Assembly (NCBI GenBank): GCA_001724265.1
Contig: MEDY01000208.1
Span: forward strand, 1-64,000
DNA: 64,000 nt
Source: Rhizaria sp. SCN 62-66
Taxonomy: Eukaryota
Direction: 5' to 3'
The notes below the pieces were generated by a model, which was not told the DNA's origin, did not search any database, and saw nothing but the letters and a program-made list of their open reading frames with translations. The position numbers and the translations under genes were made by a program. Each line of letters starts with the position of its first letter. Positions within the stretch are counted from its first letter, which is position 1. Shown piece after piece: positions 23,192-32,562 of this stretch.

Positions 23192-26100
23192 TTAAGCAAC
23201 CCGGCGCAGATCGACAACTGTCTCAATGCTACCCGAGTTAGGGAACATGTCCGCCGGCTGTGCGTAGACCAGCTCGTACACCGCATTCGGCAGTCCCATC
23301 ACGGCCTTCTCCGCCCCCTCCGCGCTCTGACCGCTGCCACTTGCGCCGCGGCCCAGCGCGGCGTTAACAACAGCGACTGCCTCCCCACCCGCGGGGTCGC
23401 ACAGCAGCGCGAGGTCCCGCGCCAGCGTTGTGGGGTCACACGACACGTACACGATCTGCTGCGGACCGGCTTTGCGCAGCGCCGCGACCGTGGCGGGGTC
23501 GAGCCCGGCGCGCGGGGGGTCCACCACCGCAGTCGTCAGCCGAGGCCGCCACTGCAGACGCGCGCTCGCGGTCTCGGCGTTGTTCTCAGCGGCGGCGTCG
23601 TTGGTGTTCACGGAGTCGCTGTCGATGCGGAGTGAGGGCGCACAGAGGCGGGACAGGACTGCATCAGCCGCGTCCGCGATGAAGACGCCACGCGTCTCCA
23701 GCGGGCCCAGTGCCTCCGCATCGCTCTCGCGTCCGTGCTCTGGTCCAGGCTCGCCGTTATCGTTGTCAGCGGCGGCGCAGGCGTCTTCGTAGGCGATGTC
23801 TTCGCGGAGCATCTGCAGCGTCTCCGCGTTAGCCGCGGCGGCCTCGATCGCGAGCGGGTTCACCTCGACGCCAAGATACGTCGACACACACCAGTCATCG
23901 TCGTCTTCGCCCACGGCAAACGGCTTTCGACTGTTATGCTGATGCTGCTGCGGTGGTAAGAGAGAAGCTTCGAGAACGCGCTGCGGCAGCGCGAGACCGA
24001 GCGAGAACAACCCGACTCCGCAGTGCAGATCGAGCACGTGCCGCGGCAGCCCCTTGCTCGGCGGTCCGAATGCGTCGCCGACCGCGGCCTCAGACTCGGC
24101 CGCGTCGCGCACGCGCGCACGCACGGCGGCGACCAGCGGCGGCAGCGCGGAGACGTTGGTCTGGAAGAAGGCGTCCAGCGGTGCGTGCCAGTGGCCAACG
24201 CGCTGGCCTCCACTGCTAACGCCGCCGCTAGTTGCGCTGAACCGGTCTCCGAGCGCGGTGCCACTGGTCGCGTTGCCATCACCAGCAGCGATACTTGTGG
24301 TGGTACGCGTGGTGAAGGTGGAGACTTCGGCGAGCGAGAGCTGTGCGCGGCGCACGTACGCGCCAGAGTGCAGCTTCAGCGGCCGCCGCAGCAGCACACG
24401 CACACAGGGATCACCGCTGTTGTCATTGTTAGCTGCAGCAGCAGCAGGGATGTCACCGCGAGCCAGCGCGGCTGCGAGCGCGGTCATCGCGGCGGGCGAG
24501 GCGGCCGCGCGGGCCAGTGCCGGAGCCAGGGCGCGCGCGAGGGTGTCCGCTGCGCCGTACGCATCGGCCCCACCGGGACCCGCGGTCGCGAGTACCGTCG
24601 CGCACACCAAGTCAGTCGCGGCGCGCAGCGCGGCGGTGAGCGTTGGCGGCAGCGCGTGGTGCCAGGCGAGCGCGTCGGCGGCCTCGCCCGCGGCGGCCTG
24701 GGCTTCGGCTAGCGCCTCAGCGGCCGCGTGCTGCGGACTCAGCGACGCGCTCGCAGTCACGCCATCGCCGCTCTGCACAGTGCCGCGGTGGCTGCGCGGG
24801 TCGTAGCTCGATGGCGCACCGCCACCGCTACCGCCGCGGCCGCCGCCACGACCGTTGAAGCCGTCGCCACGGCTGTCGCTGTGGCGCGAGTCGTAGCGGG
24901 ACACGTAGCGTTTCTCTGCTTCCCCGGGCACGTGCGCGCCGCGGTGCGCGTGCAGCGGACCGCGGCCGGCACCGTGGTGACCGTGTTGCGCATTGTGCGC
25001 GGATACTGCGCGGCGCGTGTCGACGGCGGCGGCCAGGTCGCACGACGCCAGAGTCTCGGGCCGCATCACGAGTGCCGCCAGCGCTGCGCCAACGCTCAAC
25101 AACACGGTCAGCGGCCGGCCCTTGGACTGCTGGCCTCCGGGCGCCGCACCCGCACTCGCACTGTTGCTGTTGCTGTTGCTGTTGCTGTTGTTGGAAGCGA
25201 CTGTGGGCTGATCCCAGAGCTCGTCGGCGTCGCTGACTGCACCGGGGTCGCGAGCCTCGCCGTCTTCGTCACGGTCACGGTCATTGCCACGACCACGCTT
25301 GTTACTGTTCCCGTTAGCAGCCTTATCGCGGCCACGCGCCCCCGGCGCCTTACTATTGCCGCCGTTGCGCGGCGCATTGGCGGGCCCCGCAGCGCCATTG
25401 CCGGTGAGCGCGCTTGTGAGCGCCAGCCGCACGCCGAGCTCCCTCTCAGCACGCGCGGCGGCCGCGGCGACCGCGAGCGCAAGCGCGGGCCGGTCTGCGA
25501 GCGCGGCACGCGTGGGCAGGAGTGCGAGCGCGGCGTTGAGCCCCGCGCTGAGCACCGCGCAACCCGCGGCGCCGTCGCTGCGCACGGGGGAGACGAGGAC
25601 ACCGCCGCCCGGAAGCACGCGCAAACCTTCCAGCGCACTGCCGTTGCTGGTGATGACGTCAGCAGCGAAGGTGCTTGCGTTGCTGTGCCCGTAGTGGCCG
25701 ACGGTGAGCAGCCACGACGTTCCGTGGTCGAACCCGGTCGCGAGCGCGTGCGCCGTCGCCTCGTCAGCGCCGCAGTCGGCGAGGACCGCGGCGAGCGGCG
25801 GCAGCAACGGCAGCGCAGCGCGCACGGCGGCGGGCGCGGTCTGGAGCGCGGACTGCAGCGCGGAGTAGCGCGCGGCGTGGGCGTGGTCGACGGCGACTGT
25901 GAGCGCGTGCAGGCGCGCGCGTGGGCGGAAGCCGAGCTGGTGCGGTGACGGCAAAGTTGGACGCACCAGCGTGGCAATCGTCTCGGGCTTCTGACTCTCT
26001 GCAGTATCACCTGCAGTCTCAGTCGCAGTGGCAGTGGTAGTGGGGTGAGATACGGAGCCGGGGTAGCCGCGGACTGCGGCCAAAGGCAGCAGCGGCGGCA

Positions 26101-27724
26101 GACGCGGGCGCGAGCGGCCGGCCGGACCAGCAGCACCAGCAGCAGCAGCGGCGGAGCCAGCAGCATTGCTGCCGCGGGTTCGGACGGGCTCGACCCCAAT
26201 CAGGTCCAGATCCTCTGCGCCGTCAGTGCTCCGAACGGATTTGGCGCGGTCCGCGGCAGCTTTGGCGTCGGCCGCGTCGGCTGCGTCAATGGCGTCGAGC
26301 GCGGCCTTGTGCGCGGGGTCAAGCAAGCGCGCCAACGGCACCGTAGCGCCACAGCCGCCACTGCTGCTGAACACATCAACTGCAGCACTCGCAGGCACCG
26401 TCGCCGAGTTGTTGCTGTTGCTGTTCGCGTGAGCGCTGAGTTGCGGTGCGCGGAAGCGACCAAGGCGTTCGAGCGTGTCCACGAGTTGCGCGCGCTTGGC
26501 CGCGAGCTGGGCTGAATACGGTAAGTGCATGTATGCGCAGCCGCCGCAGCGGCCAAAAGAGCCGCACACAGGCGCGGCGCTGCTCCGTGTGATCAAAGCT
26601 GGACTCGCACTCGCAGGCACACGCGCAGTCGCAGTCGGACTAGAGCAAGGAGACTGCGCGTTCGCCACTGCCACAGTCGCTGCATTCTGCGTCTGTCGCG
26701 AGTTGCTGTCAGCGGCTGTGTTCTTGCTGACTACAACAGGCGTGACGGGGTGCGCGAGGACCGTAAGCAGCGCGGCCTCGGCGAAAGAGGCCGCGTCGCG
26801 AGTCACGGTCACCAGCGCCACGTCGCCAGGGCACGTCAGCGGCACAAAGATCGACTTGCCGGGCGCAGGCGCAGGTCCCGCCGGCATAGACTGTACCTGC
26901 GCCTGCTGCTGCTGAGTCTGTGAACCGCTGGTGGCTGCGAGGTAGCGTTGCTTCGCCTCGGCTTCAGTCACCGCAGACGCCACACTACTATGCTGTTGTT
27001 GTTTCTGCTGCAGCTGTTGCGCGTTGCCGCTGTTTTTCTGATTCTGGCTCGGCAGCGGCGCCAACGCGTCGAGCTCGGCCTGCGGGACGGCCATGGCGAC
27101 GCCGCGCCCGGGGAAGCCGAGCCGCAGCACCCGCACCACGAGAGCGCCCGGCCGCTGCACGTGGCCCGCCAGCGCGCGCGGCAACGCCACGACCGCTGCG
27201 GTCTCGGCCAGTTGCGCCGCTGCGGCACCGCTCGCGGCGCTAGACTGCTGCTGCAGTTGTTGCTGTTGTTGCAGGCGCTGGACTGCGGTGACCTGTGCGG
27301 TGACGAACGCAGCGCGGCGGCGGAGCGAGGCCGCAGCGGCCTCGACGGCGGCGGAGGACGCGGCCGCGGTGGCCTCGCGCCGGGCGGCCTTCTCCGCGCG
27401 CCCAGGGTGCACGCGCTTACGCCCCAAAGTGGGCCGAGAGCCGCGAAACGCGCCGCGCGACTGGTGGCTCTGACCGGAGACTGCGGAGACAGCAGAGCGA
27501 GAGCCGTCGGAGACTTCGTGGTGCGCACAGTCGGCGTCGGCGTCGGCGCTAGAAGACAGGATGGTTTGGGCGGTGCTGCTCTCAGCGTGCATAAACACGG
27601 CGACGGGGGGTGCTGCAGAGCGCAACCTAGCTTGCAGCGAGGCTGTGGCGAAGACGTGGCCTGGGACGCCGGAGAGGGCGCTGCCGCTCGATGTAGGCAG
27701 CCTTCGCAGAGCGGCCGCAAACAT
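23192..27724 (-). CDS. RlmD/TrmA-family RNA (uracil-5)-methyltransferase, ~1510 aa with large low-complexity insertions, probably organelle-targeted
   Basis: TRAM-like IFVPLTCPGDVALV; Fe-S motif CGSFGRCGGCAYMHLPYSAQLAAK; AFFQTN; VLDLHCGVG; GVEVNPLAIEAA; VVDPPRAGL; IVYVSCDPTTLARDL; DMFPNSGSIETVV. The N-terminus MFAAALRRL is presequence-like. Start chosen at the ATG directly after CACAG. Confidence 0.9.
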   Translation of the reverse strand: MFAAALRRLPTSSGSALSGVPGHVFATASLQARLRSAAPPVAVFMHAESSTAQTILSSSADADADCAHHEVSDGSRSAVSAVSGQSHQSRGAFRGSRPTLGRKRVHPGRAEKAARREATAAASSAAVEAAAASLRRRAAFVTAQVTAVQRLQQQQQLQQQSSAASGAAAAQLAETAAVVALPRALAGHVQRPGALVVRVLRLGFPGRGVAMAVPQAELDALAPLPSQNQKNSGNAQQLQQKQQQHSSVASAVTEAEAKQRYLAATSGSQTQQQQAQVQSMPAGPAPAPGKSIFVPLTCPGDVALVTVTRDAASFAEAALLTVLAHPVTPVVVSKNTAADSNSRQTQNAATVAVANAQSPCSSPTATARVPASASPALITRSSAAPVCGSFGRCGGCAYMHLPYSAQLAAKRAQLVDTLERLGRFRAPQLSAHANSNSNNSATVPASAAVDVFSSSGGCGATVPLARLLDPAHKAALDAIDAADAADAKAAADRAKSVRSTDGAEDLDLIGVEPVRTRGSNAAGSAAAAAGAAGPAGRSRPRLPPLLPLAAVRGYPGSVSHPTTTATATETAGDTAESQKPETIATLVRPTLPSPHQLGFRPRARLHALTVAVDHAHAARYSALQSALQTAPAAVRAALPLLPPLAAVLADCGADEATAHALATGFDHGTSWLLTVGHYGHSNASTFAADVITSNGSALEGLRVLPGGGVLVSPVRSDGAAGCAVLSAGLNAALALLPTRAALADRPALALAVAAAAARAERELGVRLALTSALTGNGAAGPANAPRNGGNSKAPGARGRDKAANGNSNKRGRGNDRDRDEDGEARDPGAVSDADELWDQPTVASNNSNSNSNSNSASAGAAPGGQQSKGRPLTVLLSVGAALAALVMRPETLASCDLAAAVDTRRAVSAHNAQHGHHGAGRGPLHAHRGAHVPGEAEKRYVSRYDSRHSDSRGDGFNGRGGGRGGSGGGAPSSYDPRSHRGTVQSGDGVTASASLSPQHAAAEALAEAQAAAGEAADALAWHHALPPTLTAALRAATDLVCATVLATAGPGGADAYGAADTLARALAPALARAAASPAAMTALAAALARGDIPAAAAANNDNSGDPCVRVLLRRPLKLHSGAYVRRAQLSLAEVSTFTTRTTTSIAAGDGNATSGTALGDRFSATSGGVSSGGQRVGHWHAPLDAFFQTNVSALPPLVAAVRARVRDAAESEAAVGDAFGPPSKGLPRHVLDLHCGVGLFSLGLALPQRVLEASLLPPQQHQHNSRKPFAVGEDDDDWCVSTYLGVEVNPLAIEAAAANAETLQMLREDIAYEDACAAADNDNGEPGPEHGRESDAEALGPLETRGVFIADAADAVLSRLCAPSLRIDSDSVNTNDAAAENNAETASARLQWRPRLTTAVVDPPRAGLDPATVAALRKAGPQQIVYVSCDPTTLARDLALLCDPAGGEAVAVVNAALGRGASGSGQSAEGAEKAVMGLPNAVYELVYAQPADMFPNSGSIETVVDLRRVA

Positions 27725-27872
27725 CTGTGCATTGAGGCAAGGAGGTATCATCATAGAGTATAATTTATGATTAATGATTTAGTTTGTCTTAAATATTCGC
27801 TCACAAAATATTATTGCTGTTAACGGATGTTCTCGCCTCATACGCCTTCTTCAAGCAGGTCGCTCGCTGCAG
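27725..27872. promoter_or_regulatory. 148-bp AT-rich divergent intergenic region (probable bidirectional promoter) with CAG|ATG junctions facing outwards on both strands
   Basis: Head-to-head ATGs at 27724 (-) and 27873 (+). AT-rich core tataatttatgattaatgattt...aaatattattg. GCACAG|ATG on the minus strand and CTGCAG|ATG on the plus strand. Confidence 0.6.
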
Positions 27873-29768
27873 ATGTCCAAAGCAGCTGCCGCCGCGGCCC
27901 CGCAGCCCGAGGCGCAGAGGGATCGCCTGAGCACGCGCCAGCTCAAGGGCCACACCGGCTCGATCAACTCGCTTGCTGCCGGGTCCCCCGTGATGCCGCT
28001 CTTCGCGGACACGCTGCTGAGCGGTTCCGACGACGGCACGGCGCGTCTCTGGGACCTCCGCAGCTCTGCCGCCGGTGCGACAGTATTTACGCTGCCGCGC
28101 CGCCGTCCCGCCGTCACGCCCAGCGTCTCCACCGTCGCGTACTCCGTGCCGCTGCTCTTCCGCGCCGCGCCCGGCTTTGGCCCCGGCCTCGGCTCTGACG
28201 CTACAGCGGGCAATTGCGATATCGCGTCAGTGTTCGCTGCGGTGGGTCGCCACGTGTACGAATACGACCCACGCCGCCCCGAAGCGCCGCTGGCGACTCT
28301 TCCACGCGCGGCCGACGCCGTCTCCGCGCTCGCCGCGTTTCCCGGCAGCCGCGGCGCCGTGCTGGCCCGCGGCGACGACTCGGGCGCGGTCTCAGTCTTC
28401 GCACGCACTCCAGTTACGATAACAGCAACTACAGCTGCAGCGAGCTCCGACGCTATCGCTGCGACTGCTGCTGGCGCGACAGCGAGTGCGGAGTGGCGTG
28501 TGCTGTGCGAGCGGCCGGCCGCGCACCGCGGCGCGCTGGTTTCCAGTCTGGCGTGGTGGCCGCAGCAGCGCAGTCTCTTCTCCGCCGGCTCGGACCGCGT
28601 GATCGCCCTCTCAACAACATACACTGCAGCAACACAGTGCCCGCGCACTGCTGCGACACAGGGCGGCGCGGTGCAGAGCGCGGCGCAGAGTGGGACCGCG
28701 CTGGTTTTGGAGGCAGAGAAGCACGGTGACGTGAAGCGCACGTGCACGATGAACATGCCCATGATCACAAGCGTCACATGGATCCCTCCTTGTGCACTTA
28801 ACAGCGACGACACGAAGATCGCGAGCGCCAACACGGGTAGCGCGGGCAGCACTGCGAGTGCTGCGCCTGCCGTGGGTGCGAGCGGCGCGGGACTGCTGGC
28901 CGCCGGGTCGCACACCGGTGCAGTCCTCCTCTACGCCGTGGAGCCCTCTTCTTCCTCTTCTGCTGACTCGGCGGGATCACAGACAGCGCCGTCGCCGGTG
29001 TATTACGAGCTGGGCTCGCTGTTGGGCCACTCGCACGGCGTCGTCGCAGTCGAGGCGCCCCCCGCTCTCGCCCCTTTCACTGCCTCACCAGCGTCAGCGT
29101 CAGCGTCGGCGTCATCGGCGAACCAGCTCAAGGGCGGCGCCGCCGCTGCCGCTGCCGCGCTGGCGGCCGCACCGGGCGGGTTTCCCGACGCGCTCCTGAC
29201 CGCGGGGCTCGACTCGACGCTCGTGCTCTGGGGTGGACTCGCCGCGCCGCTGCGCGCGGTTTGGGAGTCGCGCGCGCGGGCGGCCGGGGCTGCGGCGGCT
29301 AAGGCGGCGCTCAAGGCGCGCGCGCAGAGCAAGGGCGGCAAAGCGGGCGCTGCCGTTGCCCCTGCAATTGCATCGAGCCGCACTGCAAGTGCAGCGAAGC
29401 AGGCTCCGTGGTTTGAGTCTCTGTGGGGCGACAGCAATGCTGACACTGCTGCTGCGGATGATGAGGACAACGATGATGGCAACGGCAAGGATGACGACGA
29501 CGACACTGATGCTGACCCGGAGCAGGACACGAGCAGCACTGCGCAGCGCCGTGGGAAGCGGCGCGCGGTGCGGCACGGTCTGTCGTCGTTCGTGCAAGGG
29601 CTGTACAAGCCGCTGCGGGAGTTCGCGGACGAGTTTGACTGTGGGCTCATTCGCGCGCGCGTGCCGTTGGCGGGCAAGCCCTCTGCCCTGGCCTCGGACG
29701 CCGCGGGGTGGGCTTGGGTCGCGGGCACGGGGGCGGACGTGCACGGCTATTTTTTACTGCGTGGTTGA
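27873..29768 (+). CDS. WD40-repeat protein (possibly WDR53-like), 631 aa
   Basis: LKGHTGSINSL...LLSGSDDGTARLWDLR; AHRGALVSSLAWWP...LFSAGSDR; LLGHSHGVVAV...LLTAGLDSTLVLW. Intronless, TGA stop. Confidence 0.85.
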   Translation: MSKAAAAAAPQPEAQRDRLSTRQLKGHTGSINSLAAGSPVMPLFADTLLSGSDDGTARLWDLRSSAAGATVFTLPRRRPAVTPSVSTVAYSVPLLFRAAPGFGPGLGSDATAGNCDIASVFAAVGRHVYEYDPRRPEAPLATLPRAADAVSALAAFPGSRGAVLARGDDSGAVSVFARTPVTITATTAAASSDAIAATAAGATASAEWRVLCERPAAHRGALVSSLAWWPQQRSLFSAGSDRVIALSTTYTAATQCPRTAATQGGAVQSAAQSGTALVLEAEKHGDVKRTCTMNMPMITSVTWIPPCALNSDDTKIASANTGSAGSTASAAPAVGASGAGLLAAGSHTGAVLLYAVEPSSSSSADSAGSQTAPSPVYYELGSLLGHSHGVVAVEAPPALAPFTASPASASASASSANQLKGGAAAAAAALAAAPGGFPDALLTAGLDSTLVLWGGLAAPLRAVWESRARAAGAAAAKAALKARAQSKGGKAGAAVAPAIASSRTASAAKQAPWFESLWGDSNADTAAADDEDNDDGNGKDDDDDTDADPEQDTSSTAQRRGKRRAVRHGLSSFVQGLYKPLREFADEFDCGLIRARVPLAGKPSALASDAAGWAWVAGTGADVHGYFLLRG

Positions 29769-29825
29769 GAAGTTCAACACATTCACTCGAAGATTTGTGC
29801 ACTCATGAATTGAACACGACATATT

Positions 29826-29867
<42 letters not shown>
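29826..29867. repeat. (ATG)14 trinucleotide microsatellite between two convergent genes
   Basis: Perfect atg repeat read directly from the sequence. Confidence 0.95.
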
Positions 29868-30154
29868 CTCGATATAGTCGTGAAAGCGGAAGACGAACAT
29901 AGTGACCATTGTGTATTGGACAACTTGCATTTGCAGTAATTTCATTCCACGACGAATAACCAAGACAAATCAACAAGAACAACAGCTAGATGTCCGTTAT
30001 TCGGGCACATGTTTAACTCCCGATCTTCGATGAGATATATGGCCCGAAACAATATAATACATAGATAACGCATTCAACAACAAGCACAGCACGAATCGCC
30101 TCGTCTAGCTTTGCCACAAGAACTTCGCTCGCTCACCGTCATTCATTGATAACT

Positions 30155-31960
30155 TCACTTGGCCTTCTTGCTATCAGAACTTTTAGCGTCCTCACTCTTC
30201 GCTGATGTCTCGCCGTCTTTGGCAGCGGTCTCGTCCTCAAGCTTCGCCTCCTGAGCATCAGCTGCGGGAGCAGCAGTCGTAGTCGCCGTCGTCTCAGCCT
30301 TCGTCTTCGCATCCCTAGCCTTGGCCTCAGCGGCCTCATCGACCACCTTGGCTTCGTTGGCGGCCTCCTTGGCAAGCGCAGCCTGCTCATCCTTGTGCTC
30401 CGCGACCGCGAAGGCCACAGCGTCCACCTTGGCCTGCGCGGCCGCCTCCGTCGCCGCGTCCGCCACAGGCGCAGTCGCGGTTGCGGCGGCGGGGACAACT
30501 GGGAGATCCTCGAAACGGCCTTCCTGCGCAGCGAACCGCATAAGGCGGTCAAGCGCGGTCACATCCTGCATGCCGCGGAAGTAGAGCGGGTGCAGCGCGC
30601 CGACCCGCTTGCTGTAGAGCGTGTAGGCCCAGCGGCGCGCCCACGGCAGCCAGCGGCGCGCGCGCGCGGACGGGGCTGCCCACTGCACGCGCGGGGTGAG
30701 GTACACGAGCTTGAGGTCCTCGGGGTACGTCGCGTAGACGTATGGCTTGAGGAACGGAAACGGGACTGACTCGATGACGACGACGTCGGGCAGAAGGGGC
30801 GGGTTCTCGACTACTGCGGCGTCCTCGGCTGCGTCAGCCTCGGCCTCAGCCTTAGCACCGTCAGCGGCCTTGGTCTCAGTGTCGGGCTTCGAGTCGGTCT
30901 GCGTCTCAGCCTTGGCGTCCTTCGTGGTGTCTTCAGCCTTCGCCGCGCCGTCCTTCTTGGCGTCCTCAGCCTTGTCGCCAGCCTTGGCAGCCGCGGCCGC
31001 CTCGGCCTCCGCGGTCTTGGCAGCCGCGGCCGCCTCGGCCTCCGCGGTCTTGGCCTCCTTCTCCGCGGCCTCCTTCTCAGCCGCTTCCTTCGCAGCCTTC
31101 TCCGCGGCCTTGCGCGCCGCCACCAGCACCGCGCCCTGCCGCGCCGTCTCCTCGCCCCACAGAAACGTAACCTTGCTGGGCACCGTGCGCGCCTTGCGCA
31201 GCCCGTGCAGCGGCGGGAGCGCAACGGCGCCCGCGAGGACCCACTCCAGGTTGTACGTCGTTAGCCAGCCGAGGTCGGGGAACGCGCACAGGGCGAACGG
31301 GACCACGGCGGACATGGCCATCAGCGCACCGCCCCAGAGCTTGTGCGCAGAGTTGAACCGGTCAGACGTGCGGTACACCTCCGCGCGGGCGGTGGCGCGG
31401 GCAAGCAGGTCCGTCTGCTCGGCCTCGCTGAGGCGCGCGCCGGGAGACTTGAGCAGCAGCTCGAGGGAGACGCGCACCGGCACCGGCTTGGGGGCCGGGG
31501 GAGCCTTGGGCTTGCGACGGAACAACGAGCGCGGACTTAGACGCGACAGAAGCGCGGAGACGCGCGATGGGGGCTTCGCGGGGGCGGCGGCGCCGGTGGT
31601 GGCGGCTGCGGTGGCGTCGGCGGTGGTGGCGGCGGAGGCGGCCTCGGCAGCGGCGGCCGCGGCGGCGGCGGCCTCCTTGAGGGCCTTGGACTTCTTCTCG
31701 GCGCGCTCGGCCAGCTGCTTCGGCGTGAAGTGCTTGCGCACGCGCTTCATCTTCGGCGGCTCAGGCACTTCGTCCGCCAGCGGCTCCGCGTTGGGGTCAG
31801 CAGCGGCAGCGTCTGCGGCGGTAGCGGTAGCGGAAAAGTCCTGAGGCTTGGCGCCGTCAGTGGGCGGGGCGGTCGACGCCGAGAAGGGGCGCAGGGCCGG
31901 AAGGCGGGGCTGCAAGGGCAGGCCGCGCAGGGCCAGGCCGGAGATGTGCCGGCTCAGCAT
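30155..31960 (-). CDS. Putative mitochondrial membrane protein (TMEM70/TMEM186/TMEM223-like layout) with Ala/Lys/Glu-rich spacers, 601 aa
   Basis: Arg/Leu/Ser presequence MLSRHISGLALRGLPLQPRLPALRPFS. Two hydrophobic helices (WGGALMAMSAVVPFALCAF; WVLAGAVALPPLHGL) followed by VPSKVTFLW...VVVIESVPFPF. The CDS is well supported by codon bias; the family call is weak. Confidence 0.55.
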   Translation of the reverse strand: MLSRHISGLALRGLPLQPRLPALRPFSASTAPPTDGAKPQDFSATATAADAAAADPNAEPLADEVPEPPKMKRVRKHFTPKQLAERAEKKSKALKEAAAAAAAAAEAASAATTADATAAATTGAAAPAKPPSRVSALLSRLSPRSLFRRKPKAPPAPKPVPVRVSLELLLKSPGARLSEAEQTDLLARATARAEVYRTSDRFNSAHKLWGGALMAMSAVVPFALCAFPDLGWLTTYNLEWVLAGAVALPPLHGLRKARTVPSKVTFLWGEETARQGAVLVAARKAAEKAAKEAAEKEAAEKEAKTAEAEAAAAAKTAEAEAAAAAKAGDKAEDAKKDGAAKAEDTTKDAKAETQTDSKPDTETKAADGAKAEAEADAAEDAAVVENPPLLPDVVVIESVPFPFLKPYVYATYPEDLKLVYLTPRVQWAAPSARARRWLPWARRWAYTLYSKRVGALHPLYFRGMQDVTALDRLMRFAAQEGRFEDLPVVPAAATATAPVADAATEAAAQAKVDAVAFAVAEHKDEQAALAKEAANEAKVVDEAAEAKARDAKTKAETTATTTAAPAADAQEAKLEDETAAKDGETSAKSEDAKSSDSKKAK

Positions 31961-32562
31961 TGTGCGTGGTGCGGAGAAGCGGCGCGACGAATGCGGATCG
32001 TGGGCGACGGCGGGAGCAGAAGTCGAAGTCGGGTTTGCAATCCGAACGCCGTTGGGTTAAAAGTGGTCGAGTCTACGCACAATAACAACAATTTTGAAAA
32101 CAATTTCAATCAAATAAAATATTTGAGCACATTTTATAAAGAGACAAAGTTATAGTTTCGTTAAACAAGAAGGATGCTACATGATTTCTATGCTCAAAGA
32201 TTCAACGCACTCTCGACTTGTCGCTCGCCGTTCGCAGCTGACCGAGCCAGCCTACCACAGCCGCAAATCAGCCACAGGAATGATGAACAATACGATAATT
32301 ATGACAGGCAAAACATCACGACCGAGCAGAAATAGATAGAAATAATAACTGTATATCAAACAAATAAACTAATGTCAATCGCGCTCTAAACCGCGCTTTC
32401 AAACTGGACCTAAGAGGTCCGCATGTCTTGTGTGTTTTGTTTTCGCATGTTATGTTGTTGTGTTCGTGTTAGGTTAGACTACTGTAGCTAGCTTGTTATT
32501 GTTGTTGCGTCATGACTCATCACTACCGCATAGGCATCTCTTTCTTTCTCTGCGCTTTGCGT

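Noticed and set aside
16853-27724. Run of four same-strand genes as a kinetoplastid-style polycistronic unit
   Set aside because: Strand switches are frequent across the window and each gene has its own AT-rich upstream patch, so there is no evidence for long polycistronic clusters.
29708-29963. Poly-His and poly-Asp mini-ORFs
   Set aside because: These are translations of the (ATG)14 microsatellite in AT-rich 3' intergenic DNA.
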